A stretch of 57,016 bases of DNA from Verrucomicrobiota bacterium (GTDB lineage Bacteria; Verrucomicrobiota; Verrucomicrobiia; Limisphaerales; Palsa-1400): the NCBI GenBank assembly GCA_049510745.1, contig JBEKYR010000033.1:1-57016 (forward strand), given 5' to 3'. The position numbers and the translations under genes are program-made. The notes under the pieces were generated by a model. That model was given only the letters and a program-made list of their open reading frames with translations, was not told the origin of the DNA and searched no databases. Each line of letters opens with the position of its first letter. The stretch's first letter is position 1. This document shows, piece after piece, positions 36,191-45,238 of the stretch.

Positions 36191-38115
36191 TGACTCCCGA
36201 ACAGGCGGTCTTCGCGTCCATCCTCCTCTGCCTCGCCGGCGCGGTGCTGACGTTGCTGGCCGCGCGGAACCGGACGCTGGCGGGCTGGCTCGCCTTTTTG
36301 GTGACCGCTGCGACTGCGGCGCTGATCTTCTCCGCCGTGGCGACGGTGCTGGCGGGCGGCGCTTCCGCCCGCTCCAAAGAGTTTTGCGCCCTGCCGGCCA
36401 TCGGTTTCGGCCTGCGCCTGCACGTGGACGGATTGACCGCGCTGTTCCTGATGCTGGCGGCGTTGATCGCCGTGCCCGCTTCGTTTTATTCCATCGCCTA
36501 CATGAGGCATTACCGGGATTATGGCGTCGCCCGGTATTATCCTTATTTCCTTTTGTTCCTGGCGGCGATGTACGGCCTGCTCAGCACGACGGACATGATG
36601 TGGTTCTTCCTTATTTTCTGGCAGATGATGACGCTGCCCGGCTACGCGCTCATCCGTTTCGAGCACAAAATACCGGGCAACATTCGCGCGGCCAACAAAT
36701 ATCTGCTGATGATGCAAATTGCCTGCGCGGCAACCCTCATCGGCGCGGAGATTCTGGCCGACGCGGGCGCGTCCGCAAATGCGGGCGGCGGAGTGAAGTA
36801 CGACTTCGACACCGTGAGCGCGGGTCTGCCGGTGTTGTTGCACACGCGGCCCGTCCTTACGGCGCTGGCGTTCGGGCTGTTCCTGGCGGGTTTTGGCATC
36901 AAGATGGGCATGTGGCCCTTCGGGCAGATCTGGCTGCCGGACGCGCACCCGGCGGCGCCATCGCCGGTGAGCGCGATGCTTTCCGGAGTCATGATCAAGA
37001 CCGGGGTGTATGGCCTCATGCGCTGTTTCCTGTGGCTCGTGCCGGCGGAGGCGCAGGCCGGCTTTCCCCTGGCGCGCTGGGGTTTGGTGGTGGCGGTGTT
37101 CGGGACGATCTCGCTTTTCACCGGGACCATGCAGGCGCTCAAGCAGGAGCAGACCAAGCGCCTGCTCGCGTTCCACAGCATCGGCCAGGTCGGCTACATC
37201 CTGCTCGGTTTGGGGGCCTGCATGGCATTGCTGCCGGCCGCGGGACCGGAGGCCGCGGCGCTCGCGGCCCTGGGCATGACCGGAGCGCTCTTTCACACCC
37301 TCAATCACGGCGTTTTCAAGGCGCTGCTCTTCCTGAACGCCGGCTCCATGCTCCACGCCACCGGCACGCAGGACCTGAACAAAATGGGTGGCTTGCTCAA
37401 ATACATGCCTCTGACGGCCGCCACGGCGCTGGTGGCTTCCCTGTCCATTTCAGGCGTTCCGTTGTTCAACGGCTTCGCCAGCAAATGGAGCATTTACGTG
37501 GCGGCCGTGCAAGGAGGCGGCGTGGCCGGCTATCTGCCCGTCTGCGCCGCCATTGCCATCCTCACCAGCGCGCTGACCCTGGCGTCGTTCGTCAAGTTTT
37601 TTGGCGCAAGTTTCCTGTCGCGGACGAGCGCGATGGTGAAGGAGAAGGCCGCCGGCCGGCGCCGGCTGGAGGTCGGCATGACGATGCAAATTCCCCAATT
37701 GTTCCTGGCGCTGATCTGTCTGCTGCTGGGGATTCTGCCGGCCATTGCTTATGGCCTGATTCTGAGGGCGCTGGCGGCCAGTCCCCATGGTTTTGGCCAG
37801 GCCCTCGGCGGCGCTTTGCCTCTGCCCGAAAACCTCTGGGCCGGCCTCTCCGGCTTCGAGTCGCGTTCGGTTTTCGTTCCGCTCGCCTTGGTGGCCGTCC
37901 TTGGGCTGGCGTTTCTTGTGGCCCGGTTTATTTCGAAGTTGGGTGCCGCGCCGCGCCGCGCTGCGGTTCCCTGGCTGTGCGGTTACGCGCGCGAAGCGGA
38001 ATGCAACCGTTATGTGGCGCACGGCTTTTACGGCGAGATCAAGCGTTATTTCCGATGGCTCGGCGGCGCGCCCGTCCCGCCGGCGGCGAAACCCGGCGAC
38101 CTGAAGGAACACTGA
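36187..38115 (+). CDS. Group 4 hydrogenase antiporter-like membrane subunit (HycC/HyfB/NuoL-M family)
   Basis: KMG..P...WLPDAHPAAPSPVSAMLSGVMIKTGVYG, KRLLAFHSI, NH..FKALLFL.AG, G.P..NGF.SKW, W.CGY. Confidence 0.92.
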   Translation: MMTPEQAVFASILLCLAGAVLTLLAARNRTLAGWLAFLVTAATAALIFSAVATVLAGGASARSKEFCALPAIGFGLRLHVDGLTALFLMLAALIAVPASFYSIAYMRHYRDYGVARYYPYFLLFLAAMYGLLSTTDMMWFFLIFWQMMTLPGYALIRFEHKIPGNIRAANKYLLMMQIACAATLIGAEILADAGASANAGGGVKYDFDTVSAGLPVLLHTRPVLTALAFGLFLAGFGIKMGMWPFGQIWLPDAHPAAPSPVSAMLSGVMIKTGVYGLMRCFLWLVPAEAQAGFPLARWGLVVAVFGTISLFTGTMQALKQEQTKRLLAFHSIGQVGYILLGLGACMALLPAAGPEAAALAALGMTGALFHTLNHGVFKALLFLNAGSMLHATGTQDLNKMGGLLKYMPLTAATALVASLSISGVPLFNGFASKWSIYVAAVQGGGVAGYLPVCAAIAILTSALTLASFVKFFGASFLSRTSAMVKEKAAGRRRLEVGMTMQIPQLFLALICLLLGILPAIAYGLILRALAASPHGFGQALGGALPLPENLWAGLSGFESRSVFVPLALVAVLGLAFLVARFISKLGAAPRRAAVPWLCGYAREAECNRYVAHGFYGEIKRYFRWLGGAPVPPAAKPGDLKEH

Positions 38116-39813
38116 ATGATTGCGCGCGAAAAACTGGATCAATTGGAGGCAAGGTTCGGCCCCGTCATCCGGCGGGCCGATCTCCCCTCCGATCGCTGCC
38201 TGTTCGTTTTCGTGGAAGCCTCCGCGTTGAAGACGGTGTGTCGGCACGTTTTTCGCGAGCTGGATGCCCGCTATGTCACCAGCATTGGCGCCGATGACCG
38301 GCCCTTCTCCGGCTCGTTCCTGGTGGCGCACAATTTCGCGTTTGATCGCGACCACCTGCTGTGCGGCATCCTGGCGGACATTCCCGCCGGCGATCCCCGC
38401 GTGGACAGCATCTCGGACGTCGTGCCGCCGGCGAATTGGGCCGAGCGGGAATTGCGCGATCTGGTGGGCATCGAACTGGCCGGACATCCCTATCCCAAGC
38501 GCCTGGTCCTGCCGGACGGCTGGCCGGAGGGCGTCCACCCGCTGCGGAAGGACGTTCCCTGGAATTTTGTGCCCGCCGGTTTCGATGACGAACGCGAATT
38601 CAAGTTCGACGACCCGCCCGAGGGCTGCACGGTCGTGCCTTTCGGCCCGTTTCATCCCACCCTCGATGAACCCGCCCACTTCCGCCTTTACGTGGAAGGC
38701 GAGCGGGTGCGCGGGTGCGAATACCGCGGCTTCATGGCCCATCGCGGGATCGAGAAGCTCGCCGAATCCGTGCTCAGCTACAACGACATCCCGATCATGG
38801 CCGAGCGCATCTGCGGCATCTGCGGCTGCGTGCATAATGTCGCCTACGCGCAGGCCGTGGAAAGTGCCGCCGCCTTGCAGGCCCCGCCGCGCGCGGAGTA
38901 TCTGCGCACCATCCTGCTGGAACTCGAGCGCCTGCACAGCCATCTCCTCTGGGTCGGGCTGGCCTGCCACATCGTGGGTTTTGACACGTTGTTCATGCAA
39001 TGCTTCCGCATCCGCGAACCGGTCATGTGGGTCGCCGAGAAAATCACCGGCAACCGCAAGACCTACGGCCTCTGTGTCATCGGCGGCGTGCGGCGGGATT
39101 TGACGGATGAGTTGAAGGCCGAGCTGCAACAGGTGCTCGCCCGTCTCGAAACGGAATGGCGGACAGTGACCGGCGCGGTGTTCAAGGACCGGAACATCCA
39201 GCAGCGCACCCGCGGGGTCGGCGTCGCCGACCGCAGGCTCGTCAAGGAGGCGGCGCTCATCGGACCGGTGGCCCGCGCGGCGGGCGTGGAGATCGATTGC
39301 CGCCGCGATCATTCCTACGCCGCCTATGACCGCGTGGCCTTCGAGGTCATCACCGCCGCCGACGGCGACGTCTGGTCGCGGCTGGTGGTGCGGGCGCGCG
39401 AAGTGTTCGAGTCAATCAAAATCATCCGCCAATGCCTCGACAAAATGGAAAGCGGTCCGGTCCAGTTGGCGCTCAAGGACGAATTGCCCGTCGGCCGGAT
39501 GGGATTGTCCTCCGTCGAAGCGCCCCGCGGGGAGTGCCATCACTTCGTCATCACCGGCGAGGCCAACCGGCCGCGCCGCTGGCGGGTGCGGGCGCCCACC
39601 TATCAGAATCTGCAGGGTGTCCCGGCGATGATCAAGGACCAGCAACTGGCGGACATGACGATTACGCTGGGCAGCATCGACCCGTGTTTCTCCTGCACCG
39701 ACCGGCTCGAAACCATTGACATCAAATCAGGCGGAGTCAAGGTCTGGTCGCCGGAGGAACTGCTCAAACTGGGGCGAGCCAAGAAAACGGGAAGTTGGCT
39801 GATTTGGCATTGA
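38116..39813 (+). CDS. hycE: Group 4 [NiFe]-hydrogenase large subunit (HycE-like NuoC+NuoD fusion)
   Basis: W.ERE..DL.G....GHP...RLVLP..WP....PLRKD; L1 ERICGICG; L2 DPCFSCTDR followed by a cleavable tail. Confidence 0.92.
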   Translation: MIAREKLDQLEARFGPVIRRADLPSDRCLFVFVEASALKTVCRHVFRELDARYVTSIGADDRPFSGSFLVAHNFAFDRDHLLCGILADIPAGDPRVDSISDVVPPANWAERELRDLVGIELAGHPYPKRLVLPDGWPEGVHPLRKDVPWNFVPAGFDDEREFKFDDPPEGCTVVPFGPFHPTLDEPAHFRLYVEGERVRGCEYRGFMAHRGIEKLAESVLSYNDIPIMAERICGICGCVHNVAYAQAVESAAALQAPPRAEYLRTILLELERLHSHLLWVGLACHIVGFDTLFMQCFRIREPVMWVAEKITGNRKTYGLCVIGGVRRDLTDELKAELQQVLARLETEWRTVTGAVFKDRNIQQRTRGVGVADRRLVKEAALIGPVARAAGVEIDCRRDHSYAAYDRVAFEVITAADGDVWSRLVVRAREVFESIKIIRQCLDKMESGPVQLALKDELPVGRMGLSSVEAPRGECHHFVITGEANRPRRWRVRAPTYQNLQGVPAMIKDQQLADMTITLGSIDPCFSCTDRLETIDIKSGGVKVWSPEELLKLGRAKKTGSWLIWH

Positions 39814-39838
39814 TTTTTGGGATGGCCCATGATATTAT
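39810..39838 (+). promoter_or_regulatory. sigma70 promoter of vapBC (leaderless)
   Basis: TTGATT(39810)-17 nt-TATTAT(39833), 7 nt before ATG 39846; flanked by TGGCAT/ATGCCA inverted arms. Confidence 0.7.
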
Positions 39839-39845
39839 GCCATAT

Positions 39846-40121
39846 ATGACGACGCAACTGACGATTGACAGCGCTGGACGTATTGTTCTGCCCAAGCCGA
39901 TACGGAAGGAATTGGACATTGGCCCCGGTGACTTGCTGGAGTTGGAAAATGTCGGCGAACGCATCACCCTTCGCCCGGTTCGCGGCGGGGCGCCGCTCGC
40001 CAAGGAAAAAGGCGTGTGGGTCTTCCGCACCGGCCAGCCTTTGGCGGCTTCCGTTACCGATGATCTGCTGGAACAAATTCGGGGGGAGCGCGACAAGCAG
40101 AATCTCGCCACACTCGAATGA
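39846..40121 (+). CDS. vapB: AbrB/MazE/SpoVT family antitoxin
   Basis: TIDSAGRIVLPKPIRKELDIGPGDLLEL.......I.LRP; ATGA overlap with the PIN gene. Confidence 0.88.
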   Translation: MTTQLTIDSAGRIVLPKPIRKELDIGPGDLLELENVGERITLRPVRGGAPLAKEKGVWVFRTGQPLAASVTDDLLEQIRGERDKQNLATLE

Positions 40122-40543
40122 AGGCATTTTTGGATACGTCGGTGCTGGTTCCGGTTTTTTACGGCGACCATGTGCATCATGCCGCCAGCTTGGACCTCTT
40201 CACCAAGTTTCCCCAAAAGGATGTTTGCTGCGGGGCGCATAGTCTCCTGGAGGTGTATTCCACGCTGACCCGGATGCCCGGCAAGCATCGCATCAGCAGC
40301 GAGCAGGGGATGCTTTTCATCACCAACATTCGGGAGCGGCTGACCATTGTGACGCTGAGCGCAGACGATTACGGGGATATGCTCCAAAAATTCACGTCCA
40401 TCGGCATTGTGGGCGGCGCCATCTACGACGCTTTGCTGGCCACCTGCGCCCTCAAGGCAAAAGCGGAAACGCTCTTTTCTTGGAACATCCGCCACTATGG
40501 GCAATTCGGCCCGGAGGTGACGCGCATCCTAAGGACGCCGTGA
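40118..40543 (+). CDS. vapC: PIN domain ribonuclease toxin
   Basis: FLDTSVL, E.YS.LTR, IYDAL...CA, L.SWN..HY. Confidence 0.88.
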   Translation: MKAFLDTSVLVPVFYGDHVHHAASLDLFTKFPQKDVCCGAHSLLEVYSTLTRMPGKHRISSEQGMLFITNIRERLTIVTLSADDYGDMLQKFTSIGIVGGAIYDALLATCALKAKAETLFSWNIRHYGQFGPEVTRILRTP

Positions 40544-40571
40544 CGTGTGCGCCATATCGAGTCGTTGCTAA

Positions 40572-40595
40572 ATGGAGTTTGACTCTCAACTCCAT
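40572..40595. repeat. 8-bp inverted repeat after vapC
   Basis: ATGGAGTT-tgactctc-AACTCCAT; no U-tract follows. Confidence 0.6.
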
Positions 40596-40635
40596 GACAT
40601 TCTGCAATCGGCGAATTTATCGGTGAAGGACTTAT

Positions 40636-41562
40636 ATGAATCGTGAGCTGATATGGAGGATTGCGGGCGGGCTGGCCAACGTTGGCGCGGTCCTGCTCGT
40701 TGCGCCGTTCTGCGAAGGGTTGCTGCGGAAGGTCACGGCGCGCCTGCAATCGCGCCGGGGACCGCCCCTCTGGCAGCCCTACATTGACCTGCTCAAGTTG
40801 CTCGGCAAGGAGGACATTGAATCGGGCGAATCGCCGGCCCTGCAGCGGTTTGTCGCCTGGCTCTCGCTGGCGGCGGTCTTGACGGTCGCCTGCCTGGTGC
40901 CGATGGGTTTTCCCGCGCCCATGAACGGGGCGGGCGACGTGATTCTGCTCATTTACCTGCTGACCCTGTGCGGCATTGGCACGTTGCTCGGCGGACTGGC
41001 GGCGGGCTCCACTTATTCGCTGCTCGGCATCGGGCGCGAGATGATGGCGATGATCGCCCTGGAACCGTTGTTTGCCATCGCCCTTCTCGTCGGCGCGGTT
41101 CATGTGGGATCGTTCCGGCTCGACGCCGTCTTGAACGGCTCGGTCTATGCGGCGGCGGGCATTCCGTGGTCGGGTCTGATCCTGCTGGTGGTGATGGTGC
41201 TCTCCTTTCAGGCGTTTGTGCAACGGGTGCCCTTTGACATGTCCGCGGCGGAGACGGAAATCATGGAAGGGCCGTTGATGGAATACTCCGGTCCCAAGCT
41301 GGCCCTGTTCAAGTACGCGCAAATGGCGCGGCTGGTCATTCACAGCGGGTTATTCGTCGCGCTGTTTGCGCCCTGGGGATCGGGACTGGCCTTCCCGCTG
41401 GGCTGGCTGCTGTTCTGGGCCAAAGTGCTGGCGTTGGTGCTGCTGGTGACGGTCGTCGCCGCGACGCATGCGCGCTACCGGATTGACCAGGCCATTCGTT
41501 ACTTCGCCGGATTGCTGGCGGTGGCGTTCGCCGCCCTGGCGCTGGCGGGTTACGGACACTGA
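40636..41562 (+). CDS. hycD: Group 4 hydrogenase membrane subunit (HycD/NuoH family)
   Basis: G..RKV.AR.QSR.GPP..QPY.DL.KL..K, R.PFD...AE.E...G...EYSG..LAL. Confidence 0.9.
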   Translation: MNRELIWRIAGGLANVGAVLLVAPFCEGLLRKVTARLQSRRGPPLWQPYIDLLKLLGKEDIESGESPALQRFVAWLSLAAVLTVACLVPMGFPAPMNGAGDVILLIYLLTLCGIGTLLGGLAAGSTYSLLGIGREMMAMIALEPLFAIALLVGAVHVGSFRLDAVLNGSVYAAAGIPWSGLILLVVMVLSFQAFVQRVPFDMSAAETEIMEGPLMEYSGPKLALFKYAQMARLVIHSGLFVALFAPWGSGLAFPLGWLLFWAKVLALVLLVTVVAATHARYRIDQAIRYFAGLLAVAFAALALAGYGH

Positions 41563-41575
41563 TGGAGACACGTTC

Positions 41576-42100
41576 ATGTCCATGATGAGCAAATTCAAAG
41601 AAGCGATGGTCGGCCTCAAGGCCGGCTGCGTGACCCTGGATTATCCGGCGCAACCGCGGCCCGTGGCGAAGAACTTCCGCGGCCGGCCCATCTTCGATGC
41701 CCAAAAATGCATCGGCTGCGCCGGCTGCGCCAACAACTGTCCGGCGCGCGAAATCCTCGTCTTCGATGTCTGCCAGGAAATTCGCATCCTGAAATACCTG
41801 GGCCGGCGTTGCACCTACTGCGGACGCTGCGCGGAGGTTTGCCCGGAGAAGGCCATCACCATGAGCCAGGAGTTCGAGACGGCCACCGACAAAATCGGCG
41901 ACCTGCGGCAGCGGCTGGATTTGTTTATGAGCACCTGCCAGCGGTGCGGACGTTGTTTCAAGGAAAGTTCGCCGCTCGAACAGTTGAAGCTCAAGGGCTA
42001 CCGCTTTGATGATCTGGACAACGAACGGTGGATTTTCCGCTCCCGCGCCTACCTGGAAAGCGAGCCGGTGGTGGATGACATCAAGATCGAACTGGACTGA
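41576..42100 (+). CDS. hycF: Group 4 hydrogenase 2x[4Fe-4S] subunit (HycF/NuoI family)
   Basis: T..YP........FRG.P, CIGCAGCANNCP, CTYCGRCAEVCP, extra CQRCG. Confidence 0.9.
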   Translation: MSMMSKFKEAMVGLKAGCVTLDYPAQPRPVAKNFRGRPIFDAQKCIGCAGCANNCPAREILVFDVCQEIRILKYLGRRCTYCGRCAEVCPEKAITMSQEFETATDKIGDLRQRLDLFMSTCQRCGRCFKESSPLEQLKLKGYRFDDLDNERWIFRSRAYLESEPVVDDIKIELD

Positions 42101-42106
42101 ACCGCG

Positions 42107-42643
42107 ATGCTGAAGAATCTTTGCCAGAAAATGTTCGGACGGTCGCTGTGGGTTTACCACGCCAACAGCGGCGGCTGCAACGGCTGCGACATCGAGGTGC
42201 TCAACGTGCTCACCCCCTACTATGACGTCGAGCGTTTCGGCATCAAGCTGGTCGGCTCGCCAAGGCATGCGGATGTGATGCTTTGCCAGGGGCCGGCCAT
42301 GCGCGCCACCGCCCGCGCCTTGCGGTGCGCCTACGACGCGATGCCGGCGCCGAAGCTGGTCTTTGCCATCGGCGGCTGCGCCTGCGGCGGCGGCATCTGG
42401 CACGACTCCTACCCGGTGCTCGGTCCGGTGGAAAAAGTCATCCCGGTCAACTTTTACATTCCAGGCTGTCCGCCCCGGCCTGAAGCCATCATCTTTGGCG
42501 TGGCGGTGGCTGTCGGGTTGGTGGACAAAAAAGTGGCGCCGGTCGAGTTCAAGGAACTGGAGCTGCCCATTCCGCGCTACCACCCGGCTGACCTGCGCGG
42601 CCGGGGTGAAATGGTGGTTTACGAAAAAGCGGAGAAGATTTAG
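42107..42643 (+). CDS. hycG: Group 4 [NiFe]-hydrogenase small subunit (HycG/NuoB family)
   Basis: GGCNGCDIE, YDVERFG, SPRHAD, GGCACGGG, IPGCPPRP. Confidence 0.92.
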   Translation: MLKNLCQKMFGRSLWVYHANSGGCNGCDIEVLNVLTPYYDVERFGIKLVGSPRHADVMLCQGPAMRATARALRCAYDAMPAPKLVFAIGGCACGGGIWHDSYPVLGPVEKVIPVNFYIPGCPPRPEAIIFGVAVAVGLVDKKVAPVEFKELELPIPRYHPADLRGRGEMVVYEKAEKI

Positions 42644-42647
42644 ATTC

Positions 42648-42995
42648 ATGCACGAGTATTCGATCATGCAAAGCGCGCTCCATCAGGCCTTGCGCGAAGC
42701 CCGGCTGGCCGGGGCCGCGCGGATCCATGAAATCCGGCTGCGCATCGGGGTCCTCAGCGGTGTCGTGCCCGACGCGCTCCGGTTCGCGTTCGAGGTCCTC
42801 ACGCCCGGAACGGCCGCCGAAGGCGCGCTGTTGACGATCGAGGAGGTGCCGGCGCGATTCTGGTGCGCCACGTGCCGCCGGGAGTTTGTCTCCGCCAATT
42901 TGTTTGCCGAGTGCCCCGATTGCCGCAATCCCAGCAACGAACTTCGCGCCGGCCGGGAACTGGAATTAAGCTCAATGGAGGTGGACCATGTGTAA
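42648..42995 (+). CDS. hypA: Hydrogenase maturation nickel metallochaperone HypA
   Basis: MHEYSI, G.LSGV...AL.FAF, CATC...CPDC, G.EL. Confidence 0.95.
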   Translation: MHEYSIMQSALHQALREARLAGAARIHEIRLRIGVLSGVVPDALRFAFEVLTPGTAAEGALLTIEEVPARFWCATCRREFVSANLFAECPDCRNPSNELRAGRELELSSMEVDHV

Positions 42996-43806
42996 CGAAT
43001 GCGGCTGCGGTTTGTCCGCGGGAGCGCCGGTGACCGTTTCCGGCCATGACCACCCTGCCCCTGGCGCTCACGAGCACCTCCACGATCATCCGCACCATCA
43101 TCATTCGTCCGAACCCGGCGCGGAAGAACACCAGACGCTGGACTTGCGGCGCGCCATCCTGGAGAAGAACGACCGCCTGGCCGAGCGCAACCGCGGCTTC
43201 TTCCGGGCGCGCGGGATTCTGGTCCTCAATGTCCTCTCCTCTCCCGGCTCGGGCAAAACGACCCTCATTCGCGAAACCATCCGCCGGCTCGGCCCGCGCC
43301 TGAAAACGGCCGTCATTGTCGGCGATCTGGCCACCGACAACGACGCCCGCCGCCTGCGCGATTCCGGCGCGCCGGTCGTTCAGATCAACACCGGCACCGT
43401 CTGCCATCTCGAAGCGGACATGGTGGCCCGCGCCTGGAAGCAACTGGACACGGCCAAGCTGGACCTCCTCATCATCGAGAACGTCGGCAACCTCGTCTGC
43501 CCGGCCAGCTATGATTTGGGCGAGGACCTGCGCGTCGTGCTCTTGTCCGTCACCGACGGCGAGGACAAGCCGCTGAAATATCCGCCCGTATTCCACACTG
43601 CCCACGCCGTCATCATCAGCAAGGTCGATCTGGACCGGGCCTGCGACTTCAACCGCGAGGCGGCGACGGCCAATATCCGGCACATCGCCCATCACGCGCG
43701 GTTGTTCGAGATTTCCGCCAAGGCCGGCACCGGGATGGATGACTGGTGCGACTATCTGATCCGGCAGCACGAAGCCGTGAAAGGGCGCGACCCGCTGGCT
43801 TCGTAG
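42988..43806 (+). CDS. hypB: Hydrogenase nickel incorporation GTPase HypB
   Basis: MCNECGC, His-rich linker, SSPGSGKT, CHL, ENVGNLVCPA, GEDKPLKYP. Confidence 0.96.
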   Translation: MCNECGCGLSAGAPVTVSGHDHPAPGAHEHLHDHPHHHHSSEPGAEEHQTLDLRRAILEKNDRLAERNRGFFRARGILVLNVLSSPGSGKTTLIRETIRRLGPRLKTAVIVGDLATDNDARRLRDSGAPVVQINTGTVCHLEADMVARAWKQLDTAKLDLLIIENVGNLVCPASYDLGEDLRVVLLSVTDGEDKPLKYPPVFHTAHAVIISKVDLDRACDFNREAATANIRHIAHHARLFEISAKAGTGMDDWCDYLIRQHEAVKGRDPLAS

Positions 43807-43826
43807 CAAATTCCTTCCAGCAGGCG
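43786..43826 (+). repeat. Left copy of 41-bp degenerate direct repeat (overlaps hypB 3' end)
   Basis: cgcgacccgctggcttcgtagcaaattccttccagcaggcg; 36/41 identical to 46887-46927. Confidence 0.85.
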
Positions 43827-43894
43827 ATTTGCCAAGGGATTAGACTTGGGTTTCGCAGGTTTTTGGCAAACCTGCTCAGAACGGAAACGATCAT

Positions 43895-44362
43895 ATGCGA
43901 GTGAAAAGTTCACGGCATTCGAAAATCACTGGTGACTTCGGTGAATCAATTGTACTGTATCTGCTGTCTCGACACGGCTTCGAATGTGCCCGGGTTGATC
44001 ACACAGGAATTGATCTGATAGCGCGGCGACCAAATTCCCGCGAGGTGCTCGGGATTTCGGTCAAGAGTCGAAGCCGTGAGGCTGGGACTGAAAACACACA
44101 CCTCGCATTGCCGCATGAAGGCTTTGACAAAGCCAAGGCCGCGTGTGATGCGTTTCACTGTACTCCTTTCTTTGCGCTCGTCATTGATGCTGGCGAACGG
44201 ATACGCGTGTTCCTGCTTTCACTCCGTCATTTGCAGAAGCTATTTCCGGGTGGGCGTAAAGTTTCGGCATGGCAGATGTCCGATAGGTTTTTGAGGAAGT
44301 ATTACGCTGACCCGCAAATCAATATCTTTGAGTTCTCAGCGCATGCTCAAAAGTGGTTTTAG
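43895..44362 (+). CDS. PD-(D/E)XK superfamily nuclease-like protein
   Basis: G..GE..V...L...GF.......IDLIA.......ISVKSR resembles the Hjc/YraN/restriction endonuclease core. Confidence 0.7.
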   Translation: MRVKSSRHSKITGDFGESIVLYLLSRHGFECARVDHTGIDLIARRPNSREVLGISVKSRSREAGTENTHLALPHEGFDKAKAACDAFHCTPFFALVIDAGERIRVFLLSLRHLQKLFPGGRKVSAWQMSDRFLRKYYADPQINIFEFSAHAQKWF

Positions 44363-44544
44363 GCGGATAACTTCGAATGTACCCTCAGACCTCCTCGTCA
44401 TGGGAGATGTGGCGAAAGCCGAGTATGAGTGCTGGGCTCAGTTCGTCACCATTTTCAAGCATTTACCGAAGTACAATGACAAGAAAAACGCGACGAAGTT
44501 CGGGCAGTCGCCGTCATAGGGTCAAACCGGAATGGCGTAGGGGA

Positions 44545-44829
44545 CTACGCTTTGACCAGTTGGATGACAACGTTTTTGCCCAGGGCGTGCGCGACGCGTT
44601 TGATGGTGGAGAGGCGCACGTCTTCGGCATGATTCTCCAGCCGCGAGATGGCGGACTTTCTCGTCTTGGTGCGTTGCGCGAGGTCTTCCTGCGTGATGCC
44701 CGCCCGCTCGCGAGCTTGTCGCAGGAGAACGCCTACTTTGAATTCCTGGTAGCCGCTCTCAAAATTTTCGGCGAATTTTTTGTCGGTGCGTTTGCGCCGG
44801 CTGATGTATTTGTCGAGGTCGTTTTTCAT
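44545..44829 (-). CDS. higA: XRE/HTH_3 antitoxin (HigA-like)
   Basis: [16 protein letters not shown]....[10 protein letters not shown].....LST....A.ALG; ATGA overlap with the upstream toxin. Confidence 0.88.
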   Translation of the reverse strand: MKNDLDKYISRRKRTDKKFAENFESGYQEFKVGVLLRQARERAGITQEDLAQRTKTRKSAISRLENHAEDVRLSTIKRVAHALGKNVVIQLVKA

Positions 44830-45179
44830 CGTCTTGTTCTCCGGTTCAAGTAATCGCGCCGCCGCTGGGCGGCGAGTTCGATTTCCCGGTTGGGTGTTTT
44901 CTGTGTCTTCTTCGCAAATCCGTTGGTCAAGATGATCAGGTTGCCCGCGTCCCAAAAGCCCAGCAGCCGGAACGCATCGCCGCCAAACTCCGCGCGGACT
45001 TCCCAAAGATCGTCAGTGCCTTCAAGTTTCTTCAAGTATTGCTTCGGCACCAGCGGCAGTTCCTTCACCAATTTGAGCACCCACGCCACTTTCTGTGCCT
45101 GCTTGGGGCCGAGACCATCGAGAAATTCTTCCACCGGGCAATCGCCACCGGCGGAGCGGTAGAATTGAATCTCGCGCAT
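44826..45179 (-). CDS. higB: RelE/ParE superfamily toxin (HigB / Gp49-like)
   Basis: FY....G..PV.EFL, KKL.....LWEVR, R...F......IL..GF.KKTQKTP..EI..A..R; toxin-first gene order. Confidence 0.9.
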   Translation of the reverse strand: MREIQFYRSAGGDCPVEEFLDGLGPKQAQKVAWVLKLVKELPLVPKQYLKKLEGTDDLWEVRAEFGGDAFRLLGFWDAGNLIILTNGFAKKTQKTPNREIELAAQRRRDYLNRRTRR

Positions 45180-45186
45180 TGCCGGG

Positions 45187-45216
45187 AAGTTAGCGTATTT
45201 GTGAACTTGCTGTCAA
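45187..45216 (-). promoter_or_regulatory. sigma70 promoter of higBA (leaderless) with inverted repeat
   Basis: Minus strand TTGACA-18 nt-TAACTT, 7 nt before ATG 45179; AAGTT(45187)/AACTT(45204) arms. Confidence 0.6.
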
Positions 45217-45238
45217 GGCTGATCAGGCTGTGAAATAT

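Noticed and set aside
36180..38297. 705-aa alternative-frame ORF over the HycC-like gene
   Set aside because: Arg/Gly/Ala-rich off-frame read of a GC-rich membrane protein gene.
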